From an uncultured Planctomycetaceae bacterium (GTDB lineage Bacteria; Planctomycetota; Planctomycetia; Isosphaerales; Isosphaeraceae): a DNA stretch of 64,000 bases. The translations under genes were made by a program, and so were the position numbers. Within the stretch, counting starts at the first letter, position 1; each line of letters opens with the position of its first letter. Below the pieces are notes generated by a model that was not told the origin of the DNA, searched no databases, and saw nothing but the letters and a program-made list of their open reading frames with translations. Positions 42,940 through 52,181 of the stretch are shown one piece after another. The DNA lies in contig CAWIAD010000001.1 of the NCBI GenBank assembly GCA_963833985.1, positions 704,001 to 768,000 on the forward strand, read 5' to 3'.

Positions 42940-43656
42940 GCTTCGTACCTCCTGAAGGTCGTTGACATCCGGCAATTCTACCCCGGGCATGCGACCCGGC
43001 AAGAAGACCCGTTTCAGCCAGACCGCGAAGGCGCGGCGGAGCGAGTCCTGCTCGGGCGATTCGAGCCACAGCACCAGTGCCGCCAGCACCTCCTGCACGG
43101 CTTCGGGGTTGCGGCTGTTCTCGATGCGGAAGAGTGCGGCAGCGAGGTTGCGTAGTCCGGCCAGTTCGCTCTCGGCATAGCGTCCTTCATCGACGAGCAA
43201 GTAGCGGAATTCGGGGCGGTATCGCTCGAGTCCCGCGGGGACAGCCCCGATGAGTTCCGCGAGCGTCTGGGGAGCATCCCAGCGTGGCAGGCCGTTGTAC
43301 AGGACCAGAGGCAAGACTGGAGGCAGCTTTCCCTCGGGGGTGAGATTCCCCGTGCGGATGAGATCCTGGTAGAGCAGTCCCAGGTAGGCCATCAGACGCA
43401 CGGCCATGAACAGGTCGATGGTGGATTGGAACTCGATGAGCAAGTAGACGTAGAGCCATTGGTTTTGCAGGCGGACGCGCCAGACGAGGTCGTCCTCGCG
43501 TTCTCGGAGTTCATCGGCGACATAGCTGCCGCTGACTTTTTCGAGGGTGTTGAAGTCGAGTTCAGCGACCCATTGTTCACGGACGAAGCCGCGCAGCAGG
43601 TCGGTCACCATTTCGGGGTGTGAGAAGAGCAGCTTGTAGCTGTGGTCGTGGTCCAT
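42709..43656 (-). CDS. Rpn family recombination-promoting nuclease/putative transposase (PD-(D/E)xK) with DUF4351-like C-terminus
   Basis: HDHSYKLLFSHP, REDDLVW, LLIEFQS, MAVRLMAY, PLVLYNG, EGRQEG..LLEQRFG. Confidence 0.93.
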   Translation of the reverse strand: MDHDHSYKLLFSHPEMVTDLLRGFVREQWVAELDFNTLEKVSGSYVADELREREDDLVWRVRLQNQWLYVYLLIEFQSTIDLFMAVRLMAYLGLLYQDLIRTGNLTPEGKLPPVLPLVLYNGLPRWDAPQTLAELIGAVPAGLERYRPEFRYLLVDEGRYAESELAGLRNLAAALFRIENSRNPEAVQEVLAALVLWLESPEQDSLRRAFAVWLKRVFLPGRMPGVELPDVNDLQEVRSMIAQRVLEWTEEWKQQGRIEGRQEGEAALLMRLLEQRFGVLEEPQRERLRAADPDTLLRWGANIFSAQSADELLEI

Positions 43657-43716
43657 GCAGCCAGTCTACGGCTCAGGAGAAGTACTACGGGAGGAGCGGG
43701 ATCGCGACGACCTAGT

Positions 43717-44856
43717 CTAGATGGTGAACTCCGCCTGACGTACCTGGTAGCGTCGAATCTTCGCCGCGTCCACCTGGAAGCCAACGCCGGGCCGCTCGGG
43801 GACCGAGAAGATGCCGGGAGATGAGAGCTCCATCGGTGGGACCACGTAGTCGTCCACGAACCACCGCGCCGCGGGTTCGATGTCTGTGGGGTACTTGCAA
43901 TTGGCAAGCGTGGCCAGGTGAATGCCGAAGGCCTGGCCCAGGCCCAGCTCGGGCATCGAGCCCACCCAGCAGGCAATCCCTTGCTGGTAGCACAGGTCGT
44001 GGATGAGCCGGGCCGGGCCGAGCCCACCCACGCGCTGCACTTTCAGGTTCACGATCCGGCAGGCCTTGCGGCGGATAGCCTCGGCGGTGAGCTCGTGAGT
44101 CTCCGCTGTCTCATCAAGACAGATCGGCGTTGACACGACCTCCTGAAGCCGGGCCAGGCCGTCCAGGTCGGCCGCCTTCATGGGCTGCTCGATCATGAGC
44201 AGATCGTACGCGTCGAGCTCGCGGAAAACGTCTAGATCGGCCAGGGTATAGGCGCCGTTGCCGTCGACCATGAGCGGGACCTCGCCGAAGTGCTGGCGCA
44301 CGGCGCGTACCAGTTCAACATCGCTGCCCGGCTTGATCTTGATTTTTACCCGGCGATAACCCTCGGCGAGGTGAGTCTCGATGGTCTTGAGCAGCTCGAC
44401 GATCGAGGGATAGAGCCCGACCGCCAGGCCCGACTGCACGCCCAGGCGGACCTGCTCGTCGATCGCGCCAAGCAGGCCGGCGATGGACGCATGGTGCTCC
44501 TGTCCCAGCAGGTCCCAGAGAGCGGTCTCCGCGCCGGCTGCCGCGAATCGACTCCCCCTCCATGAGGCGGCCAGCTCGGCGATCTCCGTCGTGGAATTGA
44601 TGGTCCGGCCGATCAGGGAGGGGACGATGGCGGTTTGCAGATCCTCCCAGCAGCCTTCGGGAGTGTCTGCCGAATAGCCGAAGCTCGCCGGCATCGGCGA
44701 GCTTTCGCCATGGCCGATTCCCGAGGCGGTCTCGACCGTCACGAGGATCGCGTCCTTGATCGATGTCTCTCCTCCTGAGATACGGAACGGCTCCTTGAGG
44801 GGAATCTGTAGGTGGGTGAGCACGACCCGCTCGATCGGATTCGCCGCTGTCGCCAT
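43717..44856 (-). CDS. menC: o-succinylbenzoate synthase / N-acylamino acid racemase (enolase superfamily)
   Basis: ETALWD, KIKI, VDGN, IEQP, LDE, NLKVQRVGG. Confidence 0.8.
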   Translation of the reverse strand: MATAANPIERVVLTHLQIPLKEPFRISGGETSIKDAILVTVETASGIGHGESSPMPASFGYSADTPEGCWEDLQTAIVPSLIGRTINSTTEIAELAASWRGSRFAAAGAETALWDLLGQEHHASIAGLLGAIDEQVRLGVQSGLAVGLYPSIVELLKTIETHLAEGYRRVKIKIKPGSDVELVRAVRQHFGEVPLMVDGNGAYTLADLDVFRELDAYDLLMIEQPMKAADLDGLARLQEVVSTPICLDETAETHELTAEAIRRKACRIVNLKVQRVGGLGPARLIHDLCYQQGIACWVGSMPELGLGQAFGIHLATLANCKYPTDIEPAARWFVDDYVVPPMELSSPGIFSVPERPGVGFQVDAAKIRRYQVRQAEFTI

Positions 44857-45061
44857 GGAAACCTCGATCCACTCGACCCAGCCGGTACCGGTAGTTTGCC
44901 AGCCCGAAATTACGATCACGCGTCCTTCACCCTAACACACAACGCAGGAGATTTCAGCAGGCCTGGTGCCGGCCAAAGATTGCCGTGGCGGACCATGGCT
45001 GGTACACTTCAGTGGTCGCTTGTTGTTGCTGCCATACAGTTTGCCGCCATGGACCGCGACC

Positions 45062-45487
45062 ATGACGCGTCCCCAACCTGACCAGCCGTGGTATCGCGAC
45101 GGCCTGGCGTTTGAGTGCACCAGGTGCGGAGCCTGCTGCACCAGCGCGCCGGGATACGTCTGGGTCACACTCGAGGAGATCGAGGCACTTGCCCGGTTCC
45201 GGGGCGAAACCGTGGACCAGTTCTCGGCGCAGTTCGTCCGCCAGGTGGGCGACCGGTACAGCTTGACGGAGCGTTCGAACGGCGACTGCATCTTCTGGGA
45301 CTCGCATGCTGGATGCACGGTCTATCCCGCCCGTCCGGTGCAGTGCCAGACCTGGCCCTTCTGGCCCGAGAATGTCGAAACACGGAAGGCCTGGAAGCAG
45401 ATCACCCGCATCTGCCCCGGTTCGGGCACTGGCCGGCTCTACACTGTGGAAGAGATCGTGGAGTCGATCGGGAAAGTCCGCTCATGA
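45062..45487 (+). CDS. YkgJ family cysteine cluster protein
   Basis: FECTRCGACC, CIF..CTVYPARPVQCQTWPFW, CPG. Confidence 0.92.
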   Translation: MTRPQPDQPWYRDGLAFECTRCGACCTSAPGYVWVTLEEIEALARFRGETVDQFSAQFVRQVGDRYSLTERSNGDCIFWDSHAGCTVYPARPVQCQTWPFWPENVETRKAWKQITRICPGSGTGRLYTVEEIVESIGKVRS

Positions 45488-46023
45488 ACGCCGCCGAGGG
45501 AGACTGGCCGCACGTCCCCGCAGGCGCGCTGGCCGAGATTCGCCGCGAACTCGGAAAACTCTACAGCGAACTGGATCAGGCCGTAGCTACGGCCGGGCCC
45601 ATCTGCGAGCTGAGCGGGCGCTGCTGCCGGTTCCGGGAACACGGCCACACTTTGTTCCTGTCGGCTCCGGAGGCGGTCTTGCTGCTGGCTGATGCGCCCC
45701 CGCCCGCCCGACCGCTCGATGACGGTGCCACCTGTCCCTGGCAAGACGCCCGCGGCCATTGCCTGGCCCGAGCTGCGCGGCCGGTCGGCTGCCGGGTCTA
45801 CTATTGCGATCCGGCGTTCGGGGACAAGATCTCGCAGCTCTCCGAACAGTTTCTGACACGGCTCAAGGAACTGGTTCGCCGATACGGCTGGCCATGGAAC
45901 TACGCCCCGCTTCACCGGCACCTGCGCGCGGCCTGGGACACTGCTCGGGAAAGCCACGACAACGCCGCACTTCCGCTTGGCGAGAAGGCCCCAGAGAGCA
46001 GCTCACGAAGTCTTTTTTCTTGA
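45484..46023 (+). CDS. YkgJ-like cysteine cluster hypothetical protein
   Basis: [28 protein letters not shown] overlap with upstream stop. Confidence 0.8.
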   Translation: MNAAEGDWPHVPAGALAEIRRELGKLYSELDQAVATAGPICELSGRCCRFREHGHTLFLSAPEAVLLLADAPPPARPLDDGATCPWQDARGHCLARAARPVGCRVYYCDPAFGDKISQLSEQFLTRLKELVRRYGWPWNYAPLHRHLRAAWDTARESHDNAALPLGEKAPESSSRSLFS

Positions 46024-46048
46024 CATTAACCCAAGCTGCTAATACATT
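46020..46048 (+). promoter_or_regulatory. Sigma70-type promoter for HU/IHF gene
   Basis: TTGACA-17 bp-TACATT about 55 bp upstream of GTG 46104. Confidence 0.7.
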
Positions 46049-46103
46049 TGAGCCACTCGCCGAGCGCCAAGGGGCTGACCAGGCCTTCGTGGAGATTGCC
46101 ATC

Positions 46104-46487
46104 GTGACCAAGAAAGAGATTGTCAAGAAGATCTCGGAAGATATCGGTCTGACCCAGCTCAAGACCAAGGACATCGTGCAACGAACGCTCGACGCCATCA
46201 TCCAGACCCTCGTCTCCGAAGGCCGCATTGAATTGCGCAATTTCGGGGTCTTTGAAGTCAAGCGGCGCGCTCCGCGCAAGGCCCGCAATCCGCGTACGGG
46301 AGACAAGGTTTACGTGCCCTCAAAGAACGTGGTCACTTTCAAGCCGGGCAAGGAGATGGAAGAACTGGTACGAAAGATGAATCCGGAAAATCTTCCGCTA
46401 TTGGAAGAGGGCTCGGATGCCGATGAAGAAAGCAACGGACCGGTTGAGCCCATCGCTGAGCCTCACGCCCAGACGTCCGCCGAGTGA
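46104..46487 (+). CDS. HU/IHF family DNA-binding protein
   Basis: [31 protein letters not shown]; acidic tail. Confidence 0.95.
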   Translation: MTKKEIVKKISEDIGLTQLKTKDIVQRTLDAIIQTLVSEGRIELRNFGVFEVKRRAPRKARNPRTGDKVYVPSKNVVTFKPGKEMEELVRKMNPENLPLLEEGSDADEESNGPVEPIAEPHAQTSAE

Positions 46488-46698
46488 ACTCCCGGTCCTG
46501 CCGCGGCATTTCGGTGGCGGCGATCCCGGGCGGCTCTGACGGCGGCATGCCCGGCGCAAGGCAGCCTGGTGCCCTACCCGGTGGTTCCTGGCTCGAACCG
46601 AGGCCCAAGTTCTCGTGGCCGAGCCCCCGGATCAGACCCGCTCAAGGAGTGAGCGGATAGACTGCTCCGAGTGCAATTGAAGGCGGGAGGAGCCCGAA

Positions 46699-46932
46699 AT
46701 GCGGAAACTTCTGGCGGCCCTGGCCATCATGGTTGCCACCCTCGCTGTATTCGAGGGTTGTGCACCCATCCCCTTGCCGCACTATGCGGCCTACAAACCA
46801 CGACGGGTCGAAGAACTACTCGTCGATTCGGAAAACCTCCGGCAAGCCGGCGATGATTGGGAGCGATTCTGGCTGCTCGATCAGCCCTCGCATCTGACAC
46901 CATTCCGCACCCACGGCGGCCTCGGGCCCTGA
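46699..46932 (+). CDS. Small conserved planctomycete lipoprotein
   Basis: GGAGGAG RBS; signal ending EGC; SENLRQ..DWERFWLLDQPSHLTP.RTHGG. Confidence 0.8.
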   Translation: MRKLLAALAIMVATLAVFEGCAPIPLPHYAAYKPRRVEELLVDSENLRQAGDDWERFWLLDQPSHLTPFRTHGGLGP

Positions 46933-47134
46933 GCTGATGGCGATGCTGCATCCGGGCTCGGCCTTGCCGCGACGGACCGGGCGGGCTTCCTGAACGGCTT
47001 CGTTCCACCGATCTCGTGTCCAACGAGCTGAGCGCACCGTGACGAGGCCTTCCGCATCAGGTGGCCTTTCTCGCGGTGCGTCAGCGTCTTGCTCGACGCC
47101 GGACTGCACGCGGCCGTTGCTCACGCAAAAGGGC

Positions 47135-48036
47135 TCACGGACTCAGGTGATCCTCGAAGAAACCTTCGACCAGGTCCACGTAGCCCCGGGGATCGGTCTG
47201 GTAAGCCTGAACGTGGTCAACTCCAGGCAACATCCAGGTCAGGCATGACGATCCCACGGCGGTGGCGATCTGGTAGGCCTGGCTCACCGGCACGATCGAG
47301 TCTGACTCGCCGTGGATCAGCAAGAGGGGGCGTTGCCCCCAGGCGTGAGCAGCCTGAATCGGCACCAGGTCGTCGGTTCGCACGCCGTAAATCCAGCGGG
47401 CGGCCGTCAGGATACCGGGGTTGAACCAACCCGGCAGATGGCTGTGCTTGCTGAGCTGGCTCTTGAGCAGTTCGGGGAGGTTCCCGTAGGGGCTATCGAT
47501 CACAGCGACGCGGATCTCCGGATTCTGCGCCGCTTCCAGGAGCAAGGTGGAAGCACCCATCGAGTAGCCCAGCCAGCCGATCCGGTCGTGCGTGAATCCT
47601 TCGGAACTGGCCCAGTTCATCACGGCGCGGAGGTCGGCACGTTCCCTGCGCCCAGCGTCAAGCGTGAAGGATCGCTCTGACCGTGTCCGCGCAGGTCAAA
47701 AAGCAAGACGTCGTACCCGCCTCGATGCAGGTCGCGGCCCAGTGCGGCCATCTCCAGCCAGGAGCTCCACATCCCGTGGACCAGCACGATCAGGTGCCTG
47801 CGCTCGGACGTTGGCAGATACCACCCCCGCAACGTGACCCCGTCGAATGTCCGTACCGACCACGCCTGTGCATCGGCGCTCAACCGCCTGGGGTCGATGG
47901 CCAGCGGGTGATTGGTGGGGTGAGTCAACCGCTCCGCGGTGAACAGCGAGATTCCCACGTAGGACGCAACAAGCACCAGCGACGAGGCCACGAGCAGCAG
48001 CAGGGCCGCTCGCCGGACGCGATTCCGAAGCCGCAT
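47135..48036 (-). CDS. Alpha/beta hydrolase, membrane anchored (frameshift ~47650)
   Basis: DGVTLRGWY, VHG, FDLRGHGQS, then GYSMG, LIHGESDSIVP, H. Confidence 0.85.
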
Positions 48037-48231
48037 GCACCGCCTCCTTGTCCGAATTGACCGAGATGGGAAACTTCTCCTGGCTGCTCTTCCTCAAGTA
48101 GCCGATTTCGGGAATTCTGGCAAGCGGATGCGAGCTCCCGGTGCGCTCGATGAGACGCCGGACGGGGCGGCTCCGGGCGCTCGCGGATCGGTGGGTGACC
48201 CGGCGCCCCCGGCACAACGGCAACCTGGAGC

Positions 48232-48259
48232 TTGACCCGTTTGCGATCAGGACTATTAT
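48232..48259 (+). promoter_or_regulatory. Possible sigma70 promoter upstream of lpxA
   Basis: TTGACC-16 bp-TATTAT. Confidence 0.4.
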
Positions 48260-48456
48260 ATTCCGCGATCCGAGGGGCTCAGGATCGTTCCTATCGGTGC
48301 TCAGTTGACGCCATCACGCCGACATCACTTCCCGTCCGAGCGTCCCTGCGGATTCAGCAGCGAGCGCATTTTCTCAAGGGGGAAGTCTGGCACGACCGAT
48401 TCCGGTTGACGGGACAGGACGTCCGCAATCCCCGCCGATCAGGAGGACTATGGGTG

Positions 48457-49281
48457 ATGGCGCTGCTCGATTCCGAACTGGTCCATCCGACCGCCGTCAT
48501 CGACGCCGAAGCGGTGATCGCCCCCGACGTGCAGATCGGGCCATACGCAGTGATTGACGGTCCGATCCAGATCGGCCCGGGATGCGTCATTGAATCGCAT
48601 GCCTGTCTGAGCGGATCGCTGGTGATGGGAAGCAACAATTTCATCGGCCACGGGGCAGTGCTGGGCAAGAGCCCGCAGCATCGCGGCTACCGCGGCGAGC
48701 CGACCAGCATCCAGATCGGCGACCAGAATGTGTTTCGCGAGTTCGTCACCGTGCATCGGGGAACCGTGCAGGGCAACGGCGTGACCGTGATTGGCGACCG
48801 GAACATGTTCATGGTCGGATGCCACGTGGGCCATGACGTGCGAGTCGGAAACGGGTGCACCGTGGTCAACAACGCCCTCCTCGGCGGGCACGTCATGCTC
48901 GAGGATGAGTGCATCCTCTCGGGTCATACGGCGGTGCAGCAGCGCGTGCGGATTGGCAGGCTGGCGATGCTCGGGGGTACCGGCGGCACGAGCAAGGACG
49001 TTCCTCCATTCATCCTCCAGCAGGGATACAACTGCGTGACGGGACTGAACATCATCGGCATCCGCCGTGCTGGCTTCTCGACCTGTTCCATCGACGCGCT
49101 CCGCCAGGTTTTCCGCATCCTCTACCGCGAAGGCCGTCCCCTCTCGTCGGCGCTGGAGCAGATCGAGGCGGATTTCGGACAGGTTTCCGAGGTCGCCGAG
49201 TTTGTCCGGTTCATTCGCGCCTTGCGCAGCGGAATCAACCCGGCGCGCTCCCAGGACCGAGAGAATTTTGACATTCACTGA
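48457..49281 (+). CDS. lpxA: Acyl-ACP--UDP-N-acetylglucosamine O-acyltransferase
   Basis: VHPTAVID hexapeptide repeats, REFVTVHRGT, HVGHD, GHV, KDVPP, GLNIIGIRR; AGGAGG RBS. Confidence 0.92.
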   Translation: MALLDSELVHPTAVIDAEAVIAPDVQIGPYAVIDGPIQIGPGCVIESHACLSGSLVMGSNNFIGHGAVLGKSPQHRGYRGEPTSIQIGDQNVFREFVTVHRGTVQGNGVTVIGDRNMFMVGCHVGHDVRVGNGCTVVNNALLGGHVMLEDECILSGHTAVQQRVRIGRLAMLGGTGGTSKDVPPFILQQGYNCVTGLNIIGIRRAGFSTCSIDALRQVFRILYREGRPLSSALEQIEADFGQVSEVAEFVRFIRALRSGINPARSQDRENFDIH

Positions 49282-49318
49282 GCGGGGCTCATCTGAGCGC
49301 AGCGCGCAACCGCCGCAA

Positions 49319-49639
49319 TCAGGACAAGCGGCCCGGCCGCCCTTTCTGCCCCGGGGATGGCGCTCCCAGCTCGCCGTTGGCGGATTTGAGCAGCTCCCGT
49401 CGCACGCGCGCGTACTCCTCCTCGTCGAGTTCCCCCGCGGCGCGTGCCTGCTCAAAGGTCGCAAGCAGCTCCTCGGCCGAGGCCGGCTCGATCTCCTCGT
49501 GAGCCTCGTGCCAGGCGCGGTACGCGACCACCCCGGTCAATGCAAGGGCGGCGAGCACGACGACCAGGCCGACGTTGTACCAGGTCCTGGCCGAGAAAGA
49601 CGCAAGCAGCGCAGCGCGTTCCAGGTCAAGGATCTGCAT
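49319..49639 (-). CDS. Small membrane protein with SHOCT-like C-terminus
   Basis: One TM; FEQARAAGELDEEEYARVR. Confidence 0.7.
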   Translation of the reverse strand: MQILDLERAALLASFSARTWYNVGLVVVLAALALTGVVAYRAWHEAHEEIEPASAEELLATFEQARAAGELDEEEYARVRRELLKSANGELGAPSPGQKGRPGRLS

Positions 49640-49886
49640 CCCGTGTGCTCCTGCTGAAGAGGGCCGCACGATGCAAAGCGGCGACATCCGCGCGGTCCGC
49701 AGGTCGGCAGCCAACCGGATCGCCGCTTTGCTTCACGCCGATGCTTGATTATAATGCCTAACTGGTTCCTTGTGCGCGTCCGGTTCCCTGGCCTTCGGCT
49801 TGGGCTTGTGAACGCGACCACGGCAATCCGATTTCTCGTCTCAGGGAAAGGATTTCCGTTCCACTTTCAGAGGAAGGTTGAACTCC

Positions 49887-50450
49887 ATGAGCCGGCCAAT
49901 CCTCCGCCCGATCGTACTGTGCTTCATGACGGGCCTGGCAGTAGCCCTGTCGCCCTGCCTGGCCTCCGCGCAAACCGCCACAGGACTCGGGATCGGCGAC
50001 ATCACGAGCGACCCGTTCACGTTCTACTACGCTTACTATCTGCCGAATCAGGCCATGCAGGCGATGCGGCCCCGCCCGATTGATACGCTCAACGAGGTTG
50101 CGGCCAACCGTCAATACTATGCCCAGACGCAACGGCAGTCGCTGTATAACCCGATCTCTCCCTACGCTGAAGAATATGATCCGATGCGGCCATACTCGCA
50201 GCAGCAAGGAAGAGAGCGTGTCGCGCAGCCGTTCCGGTTTGCACAGAACTCGTCCAACGCCGACGGCTCCGGGCCCGCGCTGTATTACCACCGGTCGACG
50301 CAGTATTTTCCAGGCATGCGACCCGGGCGTGGGCCAAACTCAAACGTCGCCAAGCTACGTTCGCCCCGGCGAGGCGGTGGCATGGGCGGTGGCATGGGCG
50401 GTGGCATGGGCGGCGGAATGGGCATGCCGGGCATGGGTGGCTTTGGTTGA
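49887..50450 (+). CDS. Secreted Tyr/Gln-rich hypothetical protein with GGM tail
   Basis: Signal peptide; DPFTFYYAYYLP; C-terminal GGM repeats. Confidence 0.75.
   Translation: MSRPILRPIVLCFMTGLAVALSPCLASAQTATGLGIGDITSDPFTFYYAYYLPNQAMQAMRPRPIDTLNEVAANRQYYAQTQRQSLYNPISPYAEEYDPMRPYSQQQGRERVAQPFRFAQNSSNADGSGPALYYHRSTQYFPGMRPGRGPNSNVAKLRSPRRGGGMGGGMGGGMGGGMGMPGMGGFG
50373..50420 (+). repeat. 12-bp tandem repeat (GGCGGTGGCATG x3 plus one variant) encoding GGGM
   Basis: Direct reading. Confidence 0.9.
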
Positions 50451-50536
50451 TCGGCGGCCAGCCCCGTGTGGGGAAGGCCGCGATGGCGAAATCGGCCTCC
50501 TGGCTCGGCCTGGTCCGGCAACGAGAGGAATGCGGG

Positions 50537-51043
50537 ATGGCGGTTGGGCCCGAGCAGCGGTTGAATCCAGAGGAGCGAGCCAATCTCATCGCTTTTCTGG
50601 ATGGCGAGCTTACCGAGACCGAGGCGCGGGTCATCGCCACCAAGCTGAGCCTGAGCCCCACCGCCCGCCGCGAAGTGGATGCGATCAAGCAAACCTGGGA
50701 GTTGCTCGACCACCTGTCGCTCCCCAAGGCCTCACCGATCTTCTCCGAGCAAACCCTGACGTCGATCCGAGCCCTCGAGGCGCGTGCCGGCTTCTGGGAG
50801 CAAACTGCCGGGCGCTGGCTGGCCCAGTCGATTCGGCTGGCTGTTTGCCTGGGCGTCGCGATCGTCTCTCTGGGCATTGGCTTTGCACTGACCCGCTGGG
50901 TGTGGCCGGACCCGCTCGCCCGCCTGGTTCGCGACCTGTCCATCGCCGAACACCTCGATGAGTACAAGGAGGCGGGGTCGTTTGATTTTCTCGAGGAGCT
51001 CGTGAATACCAAAGAGTTCGGCGGTCCCGTGAGCAGCCGCTAG
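50537..51043 (+). CDS. Anti-sigma factor family membrane protein
   Basis: LIAFLDGEL..., TWELLDHL, one TM. Confidence 0.75.
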   Translation: MAVGPEQRLNPEERANLIAFLDGELTETEARVIATKLSLSPTARREVDAIKQTWELLDHLSLPKASPIFSEQTLTSIRALEARAGFWEQTAGRWLAQSIRLAVCLGVAIVSLGIGFALTRWVWPDPLARLVRDLSIAEHLDEYKEAGSFDFLEELVNTKEFGGPVSSR

Positions 51044-51064
51044 AGTCACTCAGCGTTTTCTTTC

Positions 51065-52150
51065 ATGCGTGTCTTCCTTTCCCGTGCCCTCATCGTGGTA
51101 CTCGTGGCCGCCGCCGTCACACTGGCGATCGGTGCCGGCGATGCAACTCAGGACGAGCGCGCCCGGTTGCTCAGGCTGCCCCCTGCGCGGCGATCCGAGC
51201 TGGTCGAGGCACTCAGGCAGTTCGACCTCCAGCTCACGGCCCAGGAGCAAAGCTCCCTGCGCGAGCTGGATCGGCGCATCGGCCTGCTCTCCGCCGAGGA
51301 CAAGCTTCGCTACCTTGCCGCCATGCGGCGCTTCCATAACTGGCTGGAGACGCTCCCCGAGCTGGATCGAAACAACCTGCTGGCCCGTCCGCCAGGCGAG
51401 CGCATGGCACAGATCAAGGCGCTGCTCTCGAGGTATCCCGTCCCCCGCGAGACAACACCCCCGTGGATGCAGTTCGGCGATGTGGCAGGGACCGGGCCAT
51501 TCGAGGTGGCCGCCTGGTTCAAGATCTGGCAGGAACTGACGCCTCAGCAGAAACGTGAGGTGGAATCCTTGCCCGCAACCGCCCAGCGCAGGGCGAAGCT
51601 ACTGGAGCTCGGCCCGTCCTTGAAGACCATGAGGGAGATCCGCCCGGCTGATTTCAGGTTGGAGGACTGGACCCCCAAGGTTCAGGAGAAAATCTCCGAG
51701 CTCGAGGCTGCCGATCCCGAATTCCGCACCACAGTCGGGAAGGCCGTGCAAGCGGCGCTCAAGCGGCGTGGCGAGACCAAGGAGCAAACGCCACGGGCAC
51801 CTCAGGTCTTGCGCCGGCTGGCAATCAACCTCTACTTCCTGGAACATCCGCCGCGGCCCGTGGATACCGAGCGGCTGGCGCAGTTCGCGGCAGCAATGCC
51901 CCCCTGGATACGCGCCTCGTTTGACTCTCTGGCGCCCGACGAAGCCAGGAGAAGACTGGCCATCATTTACCGGCTCCTCTATCCGAAGGGGGAGTTCGGT
52001 CCCGACCGTACAGGGACACCGGCAGCGCCTGGAGCCCGCAAGGATACGCCAAACCGCGCAGGCAATGCCCTGCGCCCGCCCCCGACGAGTACCAACCGCC
52101 CTGCGCCCGCACCGAAGACGGCACCCCCAGCAGGGCCATCGGTGTACTGA
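51065..52150 (+). CDS. Secreted helical hypothetical protein
   Basis: Signal peptide; LP/LS-x3-R helical repeats; Pro-rich tail. Confidence 0.7.
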   Translation: MRVFLSRALIVVLVAAAVTLAIGAGDATQDERARLLRLPPARRSELVEALRQFDLQLTAQEQSSLRELDRRIGLLSAEDKLRYLAAMRRFHNWLETLPELDRNNLLARPPGERMAQIKALLSRYPVPRETTPPWMQFGDVAGTGPFEVAAWFKIWQELTPQQKREVESLPATAQRRAKLLELGPSLKTMREIRPADFRLEDWTPKVQEKISELEAADPEFRTTVGKAVQAALKRRGETKEQTPRAPQVLRRLAINLYFLEHPPRPVDTERLAQFAAAMPPWIRASFDSLAPDEARRRLAIIYRLLYPKGEFGPDRTGTPAAPGARKDTPNRAGNALRPPPTSTNRPAPAPKTAPPAGPSVY

Positions 52151-52181
52151 TTGGTTCGCAATTCCCCCAGGATCTCAGCGC

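Noticed and set aside
46575..46600. TACCCGGTGGT…CTCGAACC resembling a tRNA fragment
   Set aside because: Short match that cannot fold into a cloverleaf.
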